DNA of 64,000 nt from Paecilomyces variotii (GCA_004022145.1 RCNU01000005.1), one strand, 5' to 3'. Numbered from the stretch's first letter, positions 1 through 13,923 are shown. The notes: generated by a model from the letters alone, not told the origin. Translations and numbers: made by a program.

Positions 1-2088
1 CTCTGACGGATCAAATGCGTTCATCTCTCAATGACATTGTCGCCAATTATGCGTCCCGCTCGCTACGAACTATTGGTCTCTTGTACCGTGACTTTGACCA
101 GTGGCCTCCACGAGGTGCTCCTACTCTGGAAGAAGATCGAAAACTCGCGCAGTTCGATGCTATCTTCAAAGATATGGTCTTCCTCGGAGTGGTCGGAATT
201 CAGGATCCTCTCCGCCCTGGTGTCGCTGACTCCGTCCATCAGTGTCAGAAAGCCGGTGTATTTGTACGCATGGTTACAGGTGACAACATATTAACAGCGA
301 AGGCTATTGCGCAAGAATGTGGCATATTCACTCCTGGCGGCGTCGCAATGGAAGGCCCCAAATTCCGCAAGCTCAGCTCTCATCAGATGAATCAAGTGAT
401 CCCTAGACTTCAGGTACTTGCGAGATCAAGTCCTGAGGATAAGAGAATTCTCGTTGCGCGGTTAAAGAAACTGGGCGAGACGGTTGCTGTCACTGGTGAT
501 GGCACGAACGACGCGCCAGCTCTGAAAACTGCTGATGTTGGTTTCTCCATGGGAATTGCTGGAACCGAGGTGGCCAAGGAGGCGTCGGATATTATTCTGA
601 TGGATGACAATTTCACTTCCATTGTGAAGGCCATTGCGTGGGGCCGGACTGTCAATGATGCCGTGAAAAAGTTCCTGCAGGTCAGTCCAATCTATATTCG
701 TAATCGCTTGATGCATACTAAACCGAATCTAGTTCCAAATCACTGTGAACGTCACTGCTGTCGTCTTGACATTTGTATCTGCTGTAGCTAGCGGTGATGA
801 GAGCTCTGTACTCACGGCAGTGCAGTTGTTGTGGGTTAATCTTATCATGGATACTTTCGCAGCTCTTGCTCTGGCAACGGATCCGCCCTCGCCTTATGTC
901 CTGGATCGGAGGCCTGAACCGAAGTCGTCATCTCTCATTTCGTTGACCATGTGGAAAATGATCATTGGACAGTCGATATACCAGTTGGTTGTGACGTTGG
1001 TTTTGAATTTTGCCGGGAACAGAATATTCGGTTACAAGACCTCTGAGGAGCAGGCGGCACTGGAGACGGTCGTGTTCAACACTTTCGTCTGGATGCAGAT
1101 ATTCAATCAGTATAAGTGAGTACTATCGGGCCCTGGTAATATGGGATTATATGCTAATGTCTTTCCAAGTTGTCGCCGCCTAGACAACCATTTCAATATT
1201 TTCGAGGGAATACACCGCAATGTCTGGTTTATAGGTATTCAGGCTATTATTATAGCGGGGCAAGTTATGATTATCTTTGTCGGTGGACGGGCCTTCTCCG
1301 TGAAGCGTCTGAACGGACCACAATGGGGCGTCTCCTTGGTTCTTGGAGCCATCTCTGTCCCCGTTGCAGTCATCATTCGATTAATTCCCGATTCACTTAT
1401 TCAGCGACTCGTCCCGCACTTTTTGAGCCGCAAGAAACCACCACAGCTTTTTGTGTCGGACGAGGAAAGCCGTTTTGAGTGGAACCCAGCGTTGGAGGAG
1501 ATTCGAGATCAACTGAGCTTCCTTAAGACGGTTCGCGGAGGACGGTTGAGGCATCTCAAGCACAAGCTTCAGCATCCGGAAACTCTTCTTCCAAGGTCTC
1601 GCAGCGGCTCACGCTCAAGAGAAGAATCTGCTCCTGCAACCCCAGTGAGCGAAGAGGCTCCTCCATCAACCTCGGCCTCGCCCCCACCTGCTACTCCAGA
1701 ATCGCGTTCAAGAAACCGAACACGCTCTCGTTCTAACTCGGCTTTCGGCCCGGCGGCTGCTATGGCTGGTATAGTGGCAGGTAGTATCGCCGGCTGGTCT
1801 CCTATTGAGAGAGGCCACGGTGACAATGATTCTCTTAAGTTCTCCCGCAATGGCAATGGTCGAGATGATCAAGCCGCCATTGAGGTGCATCCCGATACGC
1901 ATCCTGATGATCCTGTTATTACGGATTACGCAGTTTCGTCCACCACTCCTCCAAGTCAGAATCCGGATCTTGTTCCAAGCTTCGACTTTGTGCCGTCAGA
2001 TAGCACCTCCACTCGTGGTAGGAGATCCACTTCGAGACGTTCGCGCTCCAATACGCTTCGTAGCCAAAGTCAACAATCACAGAACTAA
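1..2088 (+). CDS. PMC1: P-type IIB (PMCA-like) vacuolar Ca2+-transporting ATPase, 3' part; gene starts upstream of the window
   Basis: Motifs GIQDPLRPGV, MVTGDN, VAVTGDGTNDAPAL, QLLWVNLIMDTFAALALATDPP. GT-AG introns 681-732 and 1116-1169 join the frames. Stop at 2086-2088. Confidence 0.95.
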
Positions 2089-3581
2089 AGTAAAGCGAGG
2101 TTAGAAAGCTCTTCTGTTGCTGCTTGTTGCACGTCGGACTTCTCTGTGATTTTCTTTTTATCGACTGGCATCTGGTCGGTGGCTGGTTTTGGGGAGTGCG
2201 AGGCGTTTGGAGATCGGCATGTCCCATTCCTGTTTGCATAATAGAGGTTCCATTTGTCACAATGGACATTCGCACAACTACACATTGTTAATGGTCTTTT
2301 TCGAACTAATTTTCGGTCCCTTTCCCTCGATCTCTCCCTTCTCTGTTGTTTTATTCCTTTTGCAAGTCGAGAGCATAAATAAAAGAAATGCAGAGGGCCC
2401 CATGTACTGAGAATCAGCTATCCAAACAGAGAAAAGGATTGCAAAGTGCAAGGACATCTTTACGGACATTTGCGGACAGTGGCACAATCGGCGAATGGCT
2501 CTTACAATATCCTACTTGCACAGCACTGCATACATTTCATCTTATCCTCTGCAGTTGGACCTATATATATTTGATCCATGGCGTCTTTCATGACCGTTGA
2601 CTATTAGCAAGTCCACCACTGGGTGCAGTCTCTTTTTGGGTCTTTTTTTCTTTTGTAGTGCAATTTTCTATCTGCTGTATTTCTATTGGGAAGGCCGACT
2701 CTTAGTTTAGTACTTCTCCGTTTCTCTTTCCTTACTGATATCAACCCTTTCCTGATACCGCCTGTATTATTTCAGCAAGAAGGATGCAATCTGATAGAAT
2801 AGCGAAGTCGATCAAAAACTATTTTCTAAATGACTTCAATCACAGTTCCATTGTCTCCCGCAATTCGAAGCCTGGCTAGCTATCGCAATGTTCTTCCAAG
2901 GTATGGGGATCAAGTCTGAAAGTCTTGAGGCTTCATGTAATTGATGATTGAGATCTATGAAAGCCGATAATACATAATATACTGCTAACATTCTCCACTT
3001 ATGTCCCCAAAAACAGATAAGATGAGCAAAGCAGCCGTGCTTCAGTGATGGTAGCTCATTGTTCAGGACCCCCATTCTTGGATTCTACAGCTAAGTCGAT
3101 GGTGGGGATGCCACCGGGCGTCCGGGCAATTCTAGACCATCGATTTCCCAATAGGAAAGGAACCTGGACTGTCCTCATTGCTGTCATAGTAGTAGTAAAC
3201 CAAGCATTTCCAACAATCCGGTAGTCTGGGTATTCCTCGTATTTACCAGTTATATTTCTGGGGAGACTGCTTTGAGCTAACTAATTCAACAGTGGGGTGA
3301 AGGTAATGGAGGCTAGTTTGGAGATCTACTCTTTACCGTTAGAGCTGAAGCTCCTTCATTGGATGCAGATAATAATGATAATGGTCTATTGCTCGACAGA
3401 TTGATAGATACCCCGGCCCTGCAGATGTCAGGACTGCCGCAAGATAGGGATCTCAAACTAGACTAGAACAATTCGGTGGCCATTTTATTTAAAAGTAGTC
3501 CTCTTTCATCTTCCCTGCTGATGGTTTCGGTTCACGATTCCTCGACTATCCTCGGGGGCGCACTTTTCTCTCAAGTTCAAG

Positions 3582-5356
3582 ATGGATCCCAAAGTGGAGA
3601 AGTCGGACGTACCTATTCGCCCTGCGACACAGTATGACTCTGAAGAGCTGGGCTCATCATGCACCATCCCAGCTTCGAGATGGCGAGGATTGTTCAACCG
3701 CATCGAAGATTTAGCTGGCATGGAGGCTCGTGGTATCGAGCGTGTTCCTTCTGAGGAACGCCACAAGGGCGGAGTACGCGAATATATGCAGATGATGCTT
3801 CTATGGCTCAGCGCAAACCTGACGGCGAATAACACGACTGTGGGTATATTGGGCCCTCTGGTTTATGAACTGGGTTTCACAGATGCAGCGTTATGTGCGA
3901 CCTTTGGAGGGTTCCTGGGAGCAGCTGGAGTTGGATTTACTTCCATGTGGGGACCCAGGAGTGGAAATCGGACTCTGGTAGAATCCCTTTTTTTTGAATG
4001 ATTGTTTCGCTTTTTTCTTTTATATTTCGTGATATAAACCCTGTTGCTTTTTTTTCATAATGGGATATCGAACTTATACTCCCCTCACAGATTGTGGCCA
4101 GGTATTTCATGGGATATTATCCCGGCAAGATATGCTCTTTGCTGAACTTGGTAATCATGCTGGGATATGGCATGATTGACTGTGTTATTGGAGGCCAGAT
4201 CCTCTCCGCAGTCTCCAATGGACGCATGACGGTTATCGTTGGGATAATCGTTGTTGCTATTGTCACACTGGTAGTAGCAGCATTTGGCATGCGAATCTTT
4301 CAGGCCTATGAGAGGTAAGTTTCCAATCCATCTTCCCTTGAGCTTCCTGTGTGATACATACTCACCTCAACACATGTAGATATGCATGGCTTCCTCAGTT
4401 AATGGTCCTCTGTATCATGATGGGCTCCGCCGGACCGCGCTTCGACATCCACACACCCTCGGTTGGCTCTCCGGAAGCAGTTTCTGCTCATCGGCTTTCC
4501 TTCTTTTCACTCTGCATGGCTTCCGGAATTGCTTGGGCTCCATCCGGTGCAGACTATTATGTCTATTACCCTTCGAGCACAGCTAGATGGAAGACATTCA
4601 TGATGACCACAGTCGGACTAGGCTTTGCGCTATTCATCACTCTCATGCTAGGAGTAGGCCTCGGAACCGGAGTCGCTACCATCCCATCCTGGTCCGCTGC
4701 ATACGATAACACTCCTGGAAACCTTCTAGCAGCCGCATACGATAACTTGAATGGCTTCGGAGGTTTCTGTTCTGTGATAGTGGCTCTGGGAGTGATTTCA
4801 AACAATATCCCTGGTACCTATTCAGCGTCCCTTGCATTCCAGATGCTTGGTCGTCACGGACCCAAGGTCCCACGTTTCATTCTAACCATCTGCTGCGTGA
4901 TCATCTACACGGCATGTGCGCTTGGTGGACGTAACTACCTGTTTGAGGTCTTTAACAACTTCCTGCCCTTAATGGGTTACTGGATCGTCATCTGGATTAC
5001 GATCATGCTCGAGGAAGACCTGATCTTCATGCGAGGCAAGGACTATGACTGGACGATTTGGAACGATTGGCGAAAGCTGCCTCTGGGGATCGCTAGCGGT
5101 ATATCCTTCCTTGTTGGCTGGGCTGGTGCTATTGTTGGTATGGTAAGTAGACAATTCGTCCCTGCATGATTTTCATTGAAGGTAGTAAGTAATAGAGCTG
5201 ACATGATGTGATTTCTAGGATCAAGTGTATTTCGTTGGTCCAATTGCCAAGTCTATTGCTGGAGGGGCCGACCTCGGTATCTGGCTAGGAATCGGGTTTA
5301 CTGTCTTTGTCTATCCACCATTGAGGGCACTGGAGCTTCGAGTGGTGGGTAGGTAA
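3582..5356 (+). CDS. NCS1-family purine-cytosine permease (Fcy2/FcyB-like)
   Basis: EARGIERV, WLSAN, GPRSGNRT, RYFMGY, NNIPGTYS and PLGIA motifs with many hydrophobic segments. Four exons; last ends LRALELRVVGR* (TAA 5354-5356). Confidence 0.88.
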
Positions 5357-5917
5357 TGTGTAAGATTTGTTTATAATAGTGATATATGATATAATAGTTT
5401 TTTACGTCCAGAAGGTTGCTGTTTCAGTGCCGTGATCATTATATCTCGTAGCTTCCGACAATCCGTATAGTTAATCGCAGGCTTCTTACTCGGCCACCAG
5501 ACACGCTAGTGAAGAGTCGTATATACAAATTTCGCAGTATGATTTTTCGTAGAACAACGTAATAATTCTCCGTTGTAGATCCGATGACAGATAGTAACGG
5601 GATACGTATAACCCTTTCGTAACCAATCAGCATTCCAGAGTCACTCATACCCGAATCATTACCCGGGCAATAATCACACCTCTAATCCCTCAAAGAAGAC
5701 TACTAAATACCATAACGTTTCATATTATCTCCAATAGATCAGAGATCGACAGTCCATTGAATGCACTCGTATAATCATGCGGGGAAGCCGCTGTAAAGCG
5801 GGGCGTAGTTCGGTTAGTACAGTAAGAAAATAGGGCCTCGCCTAGATATTCCGAGGAAATGGCGATCTTGAGTTAACTCATCCTGCATACTAGTTTCGCT
5901 CTTATCATATCCCAATA

Positions 5918-7381
5918 ATGGAGAATACAACGAAATATCTAGTCGAGGCCTGGCAGCCTCCAAGATTTCTGAGCGAAGCGGTGCAGATAATCCAAGATGC
6001 GTCGCCTCGTCAGCTACTCAGCTATACATTAGTCGGTCTAGTCATCTATCCGACTATCGTATCCTTGCTTCGATTTCGCAGATTGAGAAAACTGCACAGA
6101 AGATATCACTATCCTACCCGAGCGTCGATGGCTCGGATGACAGATAATGAAGCCTGGGAGATTCAGAAAGTTATCTCGGAACTAGAGTTTCCGTTCATGT
6201 ACATCAAGGCTCTCCAATTTGCGCTGTTCAGGGTTCGAGAGAATTTTCCCCGTCCTCGTTTGATGTCTCGTGACTTTTTTATTATCTATGATATGTATTA
6301 CCCGACTGACGCTTCATCACCAGACATACGGAATCCCTACAATATCCAGCCTATTGGTTGGAACCAGTCAGTTCACGAACCCGCGCACCGCTCTGAAGCG
6401 TTACGTGGACACAACTGTCTTAATTGGCGAGTTCATCGCACACGCACCTACCTCAGACCGTGCCCAGAGCGCTATTTCACGTATCAATTACTTGCATAGC
6501 GGGTATCGCAGTACGGGAAAGATCCTCGAGGATGACATGCTCTATACGCTGAGTCTGTTTGCCATCGAGCCCATCCGCTTTATCGATACGTACGAGTGGC
6601 GCAAGTTGAGTGAATTGGAGAAATGTGCACTTGGGACGTATTGGAAGAGCTTGGGTGATGCCATGCAAATCAGTTATGAAGCGTTGCCGTCATATAAGAC
6701 TGGATTCAGGGACGGTCTCCATTGGCTGGAAGAGATGGATGTCTGGAGAAGAGCGTATGAAAAGGAGAAAATGGTGCCGGATCAAAAGAACAAGTGCACG
6801 GCTGACCAGACGACGTCGATACTGGTATATATGCTTCCAACGAGGATGGAACATATTGGATACAAGTTCGTCTCCTATATGATGGATGATCGTTTGCGCA
6901 GAGCTATGATGTGAGTTGGACTACCTAGTTGATCTTAATCCGGGCCAGAGTTTGAGAAATACTAATACACTCCTCTGCAAGGTATGAACCACCTCCAGCA
7001 TTATATGCCACGCTCTTCTCGGCAATGCTAGCCATTCGCAAGTTCTTTTTGCGCTACCTAGCTCTCCCACGTCCGTATTTCCTACGCCCGGTCAGGTTCT
7101 CTGATCAACAAAACGAATATGGACGTTTCTTCACCTCAGAATGGGATGCTGCCCCTTACTACGTCAAACCAACGCTTTGGAATCGATGGGGTCCCACAGC
7201 ATGGCTTACCTGGGTCCTAGGTCATCCTCTTCCTGGAGACGAGGGTGACAAATACTATCCAAAAGGATACTACATTCCGGAAGTCGGTCCCAAATACCAG
7301 GAAGGAAAAGGATATGAGCAAATGAAAGAGATGAGAAAGAGGTTACACGAGGAACGGACGGGGAAGTGTCCCTTTCATTGA
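5918..7381 (+). CDS. ER-bound oxygenase MpaB/MpaB'-like (Lcp/rubber-oxygenase-related heme domain) protein
   Basis: N-terminal TM anchor, EFPFMYIKALQFALFR|TYGIPTISSLL, KRYVDT, INYLH, DMLYTLSLF, C-terminal GKCPF. Introns about 6233-6323 and 6911-6981. Family assignment is from recalled motifs. Confidence 0.8.
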
Positions 7382-8116
7382 AATCAGTCTTGTATTGAGA
7401 CAAGAGACCAAACTTATCGTCAGCGTTGAAGTATAACCACGAGCAATCAGAACTTGAACCATGCAATCCTGTCCGCGGGTATCAGAAGGAAAAGGGGTTT
7501 TAATCCCAATTGATACCTTCCAATACTAAGTTCAGTACTGGTATAGTGCTGAGTAGATTCATGATTGAATCTCAGGATGTCAACACCCCCGTCTATTTCA
7601 CTCCTAGGCTTTACTGTGCTCAAGCGTCCGTCGGACACTATGACGAATGATAAATGCACGACTCGACACATGGTAAATGAAAAGTCTACGCAAGCGTGGT
7701 TTATGCATTAGCCATGTGGGTGTGGAATAACTTAAGATTAGGCCTGTTATAGAAGACTGAAGTCTGCTCAGTGCAAACTACGTCTGGACAAGTAACCTGG
7801 ACAATAATGTATCCTGAGATCCACGCTTGGTTCGCAAAACTGCGGTTTATTGAATAAAGGCTATTACATGGGGACGTATGAGGGGAGAAGCTGTTTATTG
7901 CAGTAGGTATGTGCTATTCAATTCCGACATTCCCTGAACCACAATAATCCCTCTTGAAGTTTCGACAAGAAAAGAACGCTCGCTGTTCGGCTAAGGTATT
8001 GTTTTTTGGGGACTTTCGGCTCGGAATCAGAACCAAAAAATCCTAGAGAACGTGGGGGAAGGCAATGGGGTATTACTGAGAGCAGATCTCGAATTATGTC
8101 ACCGTAAGAACAGCGT

Positions 8117-10013
8117 TTACTCCTCACCCTCGAGGGGCTCCTCGTCGTTGCTACAAAGATTGTTAGCCAGAATTCCACGTACTAGTGGATGCAATCAAAC
8201 TTACTACTCCTCCTCGCCCTCAGAGACAGAGGCGTCCTGGTACTGCTGGTACTCAGAGACCAGATCGTTCATGTTGCTCTCAGCCTCAGTGAACTCCATC
8301 TCGTCCATACCCTCACCAGTGTACCAATGCAAGAAAGCCTTGCGACGGAACATAGCAGTGAACTGGTCACCGACACGCTTGAACAGCTCCTGGATGGAGG
8401 TGGAGTTACCAATGAAGGTGGCGGACATCTTGAGGCCGCGGGGAGGAATGGAGCAAAGAGCAGTCTGGATGTTGTTGGGAATCCACTCGACGAAGTAGCT
8501 GTGGTTCTTGTTCTGCACGTTGCGCATCTGGTCCTCGACCTCCTTCATGGAGACCTTACCACGGCTAAAAGAAAAGGTGATTAGCTAAAGAACATCGAGT
8601 ACTTCAAAGGTATGCTGCACTTACAACATGGCGGAGCAGGTGAGGTAGCGGCCGTTACGGAAGTCAGAAGCAGCCATCATGTTCTTGGGGTCGAACATCT
8701 GCTGGGTCAACTCGGGCACGGAGACCGCACGGAAGGAGTGAGCGCCACGGCTGGTCAACGGGGCAAAGCCGACCATAAAGAAGTGGAGACGAGGGAAAGG
8801 AACCATGTTGACAGCCAGCTTGCGGAGGTCAGAGTTGAGCTGACCGGGGAAACGCAGGCAGGTGGTGACACCGGACATAACGGCGGAAACGAGGTGGTTC
8901 AGGTCACCGTAGGAGGGGTTGGAGAGCTTGAGGGTGCGCATGCAGATGTCGTACAGAGCCTCGTTATCGATACAGAAGGTCTCGTCGGAGTGCTCGACCA
9001 GCTGGTGAACGGAGAGGGTAGCGTTGTAAGGCTCAACGACGGTGTCGGAGACCTTAGGAGAGGGGACAACCGAGAAGGTAGCCATCATACGGTCGGGGAA
9101 CTCCTCACGGATCTTGGAGATCAGGAGGGTACCCATACCGGCACCGGTACCACCACCAAGGGAGTGGGTGATCTGGAAACCCTGGAGGCAGTCACAGGCC
9201 TCAGCCTCGCGACGGACAACGTCGACAACCTGGTCGACCAATTCGGCACCCTCAGTGTAGTGACCCTTAGCCCAGTTGTTACCAGCACCGGACTGACCGA
9301 AGACGAAGTTGTCAGGGCGGAAGAGCTGGCCGAAAGGACCGGCACGGACAGCGTCCATGGTACCAGGCTCAAGGTCGACGAGGACGGCACGAGGAACATA
9401 CTTCTTGCCAGCAGCCTAAAGTATTGGTGAGCATATGGAGCGTCCTTATCGGTATCATAGGGCCAACAACTACCTCGTTGAAGTAGACGTTCATGCGCTC
9501 GAGCTGGAGGTCGGAGGTGCCATTGTAGCTAATCCATCGTCAGTCACCCGTCGATTCGATGTCCAAGCGTCTCCAGATATCGTGTACTCACACACCAGAA
9601 CCGTCAAGGCCGTGCTCGCCAGAGATGGTCTGCCTATAGCATAATTAGCACCCTCAATCTTCATAACCTGAGCCTTCCACGTCTCAAACAGACACCCGGG
9701 CTCTTTCTTTCATTTCTCCTATTGATTTCCAACATACCAGAAAGCAGCACCAATTTGGTTACCCTGTTTGATTGGTACCCTTTAGTCATCCATGTCCCTA
9801 AAACCTCATATTCGGAATTCGATATCGATGCTGAAACTTACACACTGGCCGGTTTGGAGGTGAACCTGTTGAACGTGAAGAGAAACATGTCAGTTATCAT
9901 GGAATGCGGACAGTGATGGCGGGGTTGCGTTTCAGGGGTCCGAGAAAAGGTCTCAGAACGGTCCCGACGCGTCTGGGGGGGATTGGAGTCAACAAACGTA
10001 CGATTTCACGCAT
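8117..10013 (-). CDS. benA: Beta-tubulin (8 exons)
   Basis: First exon MREI (10013-10002), [15 protein letters not shown] signature, C-terminus [11 protein letters not shown] (stop 8117-8119). Seven GT-AG introns. Confidence 0.99.
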
Positions 10014-10617
10014 GGTGGCAGAAAGGTGACAGGTCCGGTAAAGAAGAGAGTTGGAATGGACGGGAGGATGAGGAGAGGATTGAAACCCAGGACAAGAGGA
10101 GTTCTGGGAGAAAGGACAGCGATGGAGGATGAAGTTGGGAAGAAGTCGGCGGTGAGGAGACGCCTTGTTGTGCGGCTAAGAAGGTTAGTTCAGGAGTCAA
10201 CAGGACAACAAGAGGCCGGGCAGGGGGCGCGCTCAATCCGGTATCGCGCCGGTTCGTGCCACGTCACGGGACCAGCCCGCGTTGTCCATGCAGGAACGAC
10301 CTGGATAGAGGAACTCTTACATTGGAGACAGAGAAATAACTATATTCATGGCCACAGAATTACTCATTTTGAGGACATCCCATTGATGGCACATACTCGA
10401 CAATTGGTCAAGTATTTATTTGTTATGATTTGTCATCAACCAGTGGTCTTCGTGGGCGCTGTGTTCAGTAGGTACTTAGCCGCTCTAACTAACCCACCCC
10501 AAACATAATTACCCCGAGAGGATGGTCACCCGAGATCCTCGATATAAAATGCCCGTCAGCTTTGTCCTAAAAATACAAAAATATCTCCCGTGACAAGTCG
10601 TCGATGCCCCAGTACTG

Positions 10618-12272
10618 TCACTTGGCGGTGCTTTCCACAATCCGCTCGCTTTCCCTTTGGCTCTCGAGCCACGAGCCGAACTCGTCCAGCCGTCTATACT
10701 CATCCTGGTCAGCATCCAGACCATTCTCTGCCATATCCTCGAGCGCTGCCCGCTTCTCATTGGTCTTCTTGAATCTCTCGCTTCCATCTGCGATATATGC
10801 TTCTACACGAGTTCCGGAGAAGAACCGTCCATCCATCATCTGCATTGCTAATCAGTCACAGTTCACAAATCACCATCATGAAACAGTAGGGCTTTAACAA
10901 AAGTGTACTCACCCTGACACATTGCCTGGCGGGCTCAGGGTCCGAATACCGCACAGTAACGATACCGTCAGGTTCTTTGTCGTATAACACGACGTTGGTT
11001 ACTTCCCCCAACTTGGAACATTCATCACGAATATCTTCTTTGATGTCCAGAATAGCCGCGGGATCCTCCTGCAGAAAACTGTTAGCCTCAAAGTCGACAC
11101 CCAGGACAAAGGATACGGTCTTCGCACCTCGATCTCCTTCAGAGTGAACATATGCTTAAGCACGACGATCCTGTCCCATCTAGAAGTAGTGTCTGGGAGG
11201 GCAGCTACATCGTCATCATCCCAGTCTGCTAGTTTACTATAAGGATGAAGTCAGTAACGGTTTCGCATATCGACTAGTGAGATGCAACGGTTGGTGAGAA
11301 AACGGAACCACTATACCTGTTAAGTTTCTGGGTCTTTCTCAGGATCTTTTTCTTGTCTCGCATGCTCGTCTTAGTAGGAGCCTCCTGCTGACTCTTGAAT
11401 GAAAAATCTGCTGGCTGCACCTTCATCGGACCCTGCGGTCCCGTCATGCCTAACCGGAAGTCCGTCTCATCCAGCATCTGAACCGCAAGATTAACAGATT
11501 CGGGTCTGAAGTAGACGACCAGCGCATCTCCCTTGAATTTCCCATTCTCATCCGTGTACATCTTAATCCGGGGTCGACCGCTGTCGATCTCTTCGGCGAT
11601 GACACCACACTTGCAGAAGACATCCTTGATCTCGTCCAGTGTAGCATCGAGAGGGAGAGAAGTTACGTAGACTGCTGTATTGACACGGGGCTTCTTTTGT
11701 TTTTGATTATTTTCCTGCTTCGACATATCCGTCAGCATTCCTCCTAACGATATCTTGAATCCGACCGTATATACCTCATCTCCTGTAGCTTGCTGTTTCC
11801 GTTTCTTTCTCAGCTGCTGCGCCGACACTGTTTCTTCTTCATCAACCCCTTCGACCTTGTATGCTTGTCGTTGTTGTTCGAGAAGTTCATCGTCAACCTG
11901 TAACATTCGCGCATATCGCGCATCAGCCTATGACTCCTCATATCGTAACAACTCTATACGCAGGCAGTGACAGACACATTGATTGACCAAGCAGTAGACA
12001 TAAAACGGGTTAATGTGATCGATTGACCATGGAGAAGCGCAACGGCGCAAAAAGATCCTCCGGGAACTTACCGTCTGCACCCAACGCTTCAACGCCGTAT
12101 CATACTCGAATTCCTGACCATCCTCCGTTTCCAGAATAAACTTATTATCTAGTTTCGAGAAGGAGATGCGCGGATCGCTGTCGAACTCTTCAGGGTCTCG
12201 AGGGAAGTCGGCTGTAGGCGCCTGGTCTGGCGCTGGCACCGGCGCGCGCTCGTCGGGGTTCCGTAACGACAT
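10618..12272 (-). CDS. U2 snRNP-associated splicing factor, Cus2/Tat-SF1/Uap2 family (two RRM/UHM domains)
   Basis: NTAVYVTSLP, GKFKGDALVVYFRPESVNLA, KLADWDDDD, DIRDECSKLGEVTNVVLYDKE, MDGRFFSG across several exons. ATG at 12272. Confidence 0.88.
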
Positions 12273-12591
12273 GCAGAATATGGAGATCCGAAATATGGCT
12301 GCGATCCTATTTTCTAGAAATAAGGAAGCTAGAATACTCGAAAAGGCGGTATCGTATTTGTTATGCGCGGACTGCGGCGTTTTCGTCCTTTCTTTGCGGG
12401 GTCGGCTTAAGCTCAAGGGATCTGATGATGTTTCTGGGAGCTTCGCCCGACGTTAACTAGCTTGGACTGGGGAGCTTCCCTGCGGATGACGCATTTCCTC
12501 TTTTTGTATTTCTACTTCAGCCACAAATGCTCTCCTGGCACTTTTCGCAATGATGCACATACTCTACCATGTTTGATGTTGATTGTTCGAT

Positions 12592-13217
12592 TCAGTTATT
12601 CAGCTCTACCCTTCTGCTGCAATATTTACAACTGATTGTTAACAACACCCCCAGGTTCGATATCATTGGACAATCACACATCAAATCCGCAGGAACATCA
12701 ACCAACAGCTTAAAAAAAATTCCTGGTTTCTTCGTCAACCGTGCTCCACGAGCATTGATCTGCAATGCTAGGTGTAACAATTCTGTTTCGCTAAGGCCTG
12801 CATCTCTTTCTGATCTCTATCGTACAAACTCATGTTCACTGGTACCAATTCTCAGATCGCTGGTCGCGGCTGTTCGGATGCCATGTTGGACTTCTGTAAA
12901 TAGGATGAAGCAGTCAAGTGATCATTATGGACGTGGGTTTCTAGCAATCTAACAACTTAGTAGCCATTCGATGTGACCGTCGCGAGAAGCCTTTAGGCTG
13001 ATTCGGGGCTAACATTCAGCTTCCCCTGATTGAAATCCAGGACAGGGTCGATGATGACAGCTGCTTTTGTTGAAGGGCAAGCGACAATATATTGCCAAGT
13101 CGAGGTTTTCTCTCGAAGATAGAATGTACCATGGGTTGTATATTCGCGACGTATAGGTATCAGGGAAGAGTGGGCGTTTGGATGTTGTATATTCTGAATA
13201 TCTAACTTTCTAATCAC
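12592..13217 (-). pseudogene. Decayed metallo-beta-lactamase-fold persulfide dioxygenase (ETHE1/Blh-like)
   Basis: Reads TWQYIVACPSTKAAVIIDPVLDF...SA*RLLATVTSNGY*VVRLLETHVHNDHLTASSYL...PAI*, then jumps in another frame to the C-terminal EHEFVR*RSERDAGLSETELLHLALQINARGARL. Stops at 12993-12995, 12957-12959, 12852-12854 and 12817-12819. The central part of the domain is missing. Confidence 0.8.
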
Positions 13218-13923
13218 AGATATACGAGCTTTTGTTAACTTGACGAATATTGGGACTATATGATGATGAACAATTCTTTCGCAACACGTTCAGGTCTTCT
13301 TGATTATCCGGACTGATATTTACTTGTTGGTCGGCGAGGTTGTTTGTGAAATCCCCGACCCCGGGATCTCCAAGCTTGATGTTCTATCGATCCGTGAGAT
13401 ATTCGGAGGCCTGCGTGGATCTGGCCCAATAGTTAAAGTTAAAAGTTAGATGTCGGCGTTTCTCGTAATTAACGCCTCTCGTGCTTGTGCTTAGCCTTGC
13501 CATTCGTCTGTCATCCCCCATCAAAGGGACGCCGAGCTAGCCATAGCAATGGATTAATTCGATGAGTGCAAGAGTTACTCTTTTCTTGATTAAGTCCATG
13601 GGATTGGGGTTATTCTAACGGAGCTGCTTGAGATCTGAGCTGAAGAAATCGGTGCAGATTCGAACTCAACCTCCGAATACATCTATGAACTAGAGCAAGA
13701 AGACATCGCACCTTGAATCCTGTCGATTAATATCTATTCATCTATGTAATATGTAATGTATTAAAAATCAGGGAGTGTAGACAGATCAAAAAGTCCTGCG
13801 TTGAGAATGGAACAAAACGACTTGGAAAGATCAGAAAAGAAGTAGGAAAGTAAAGATAAGGATTGTTCGAACACGCGAGTTTCCGATATATGACCTGCCC
13901 GTTCAACAACACACAATTTGCGC

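Noticed and set aside
8189-9430. Long + strand ORFs (8189-8584, 8612-9430) opposite beta-tubulin, and similar ones opposite Amt (23889-24623) and beta-COP (42724-43506)
   Set aside because: Antisense shadows of strongly codon-biased genes. They stop near the sense exon boundaries and have no recognisable motifs.
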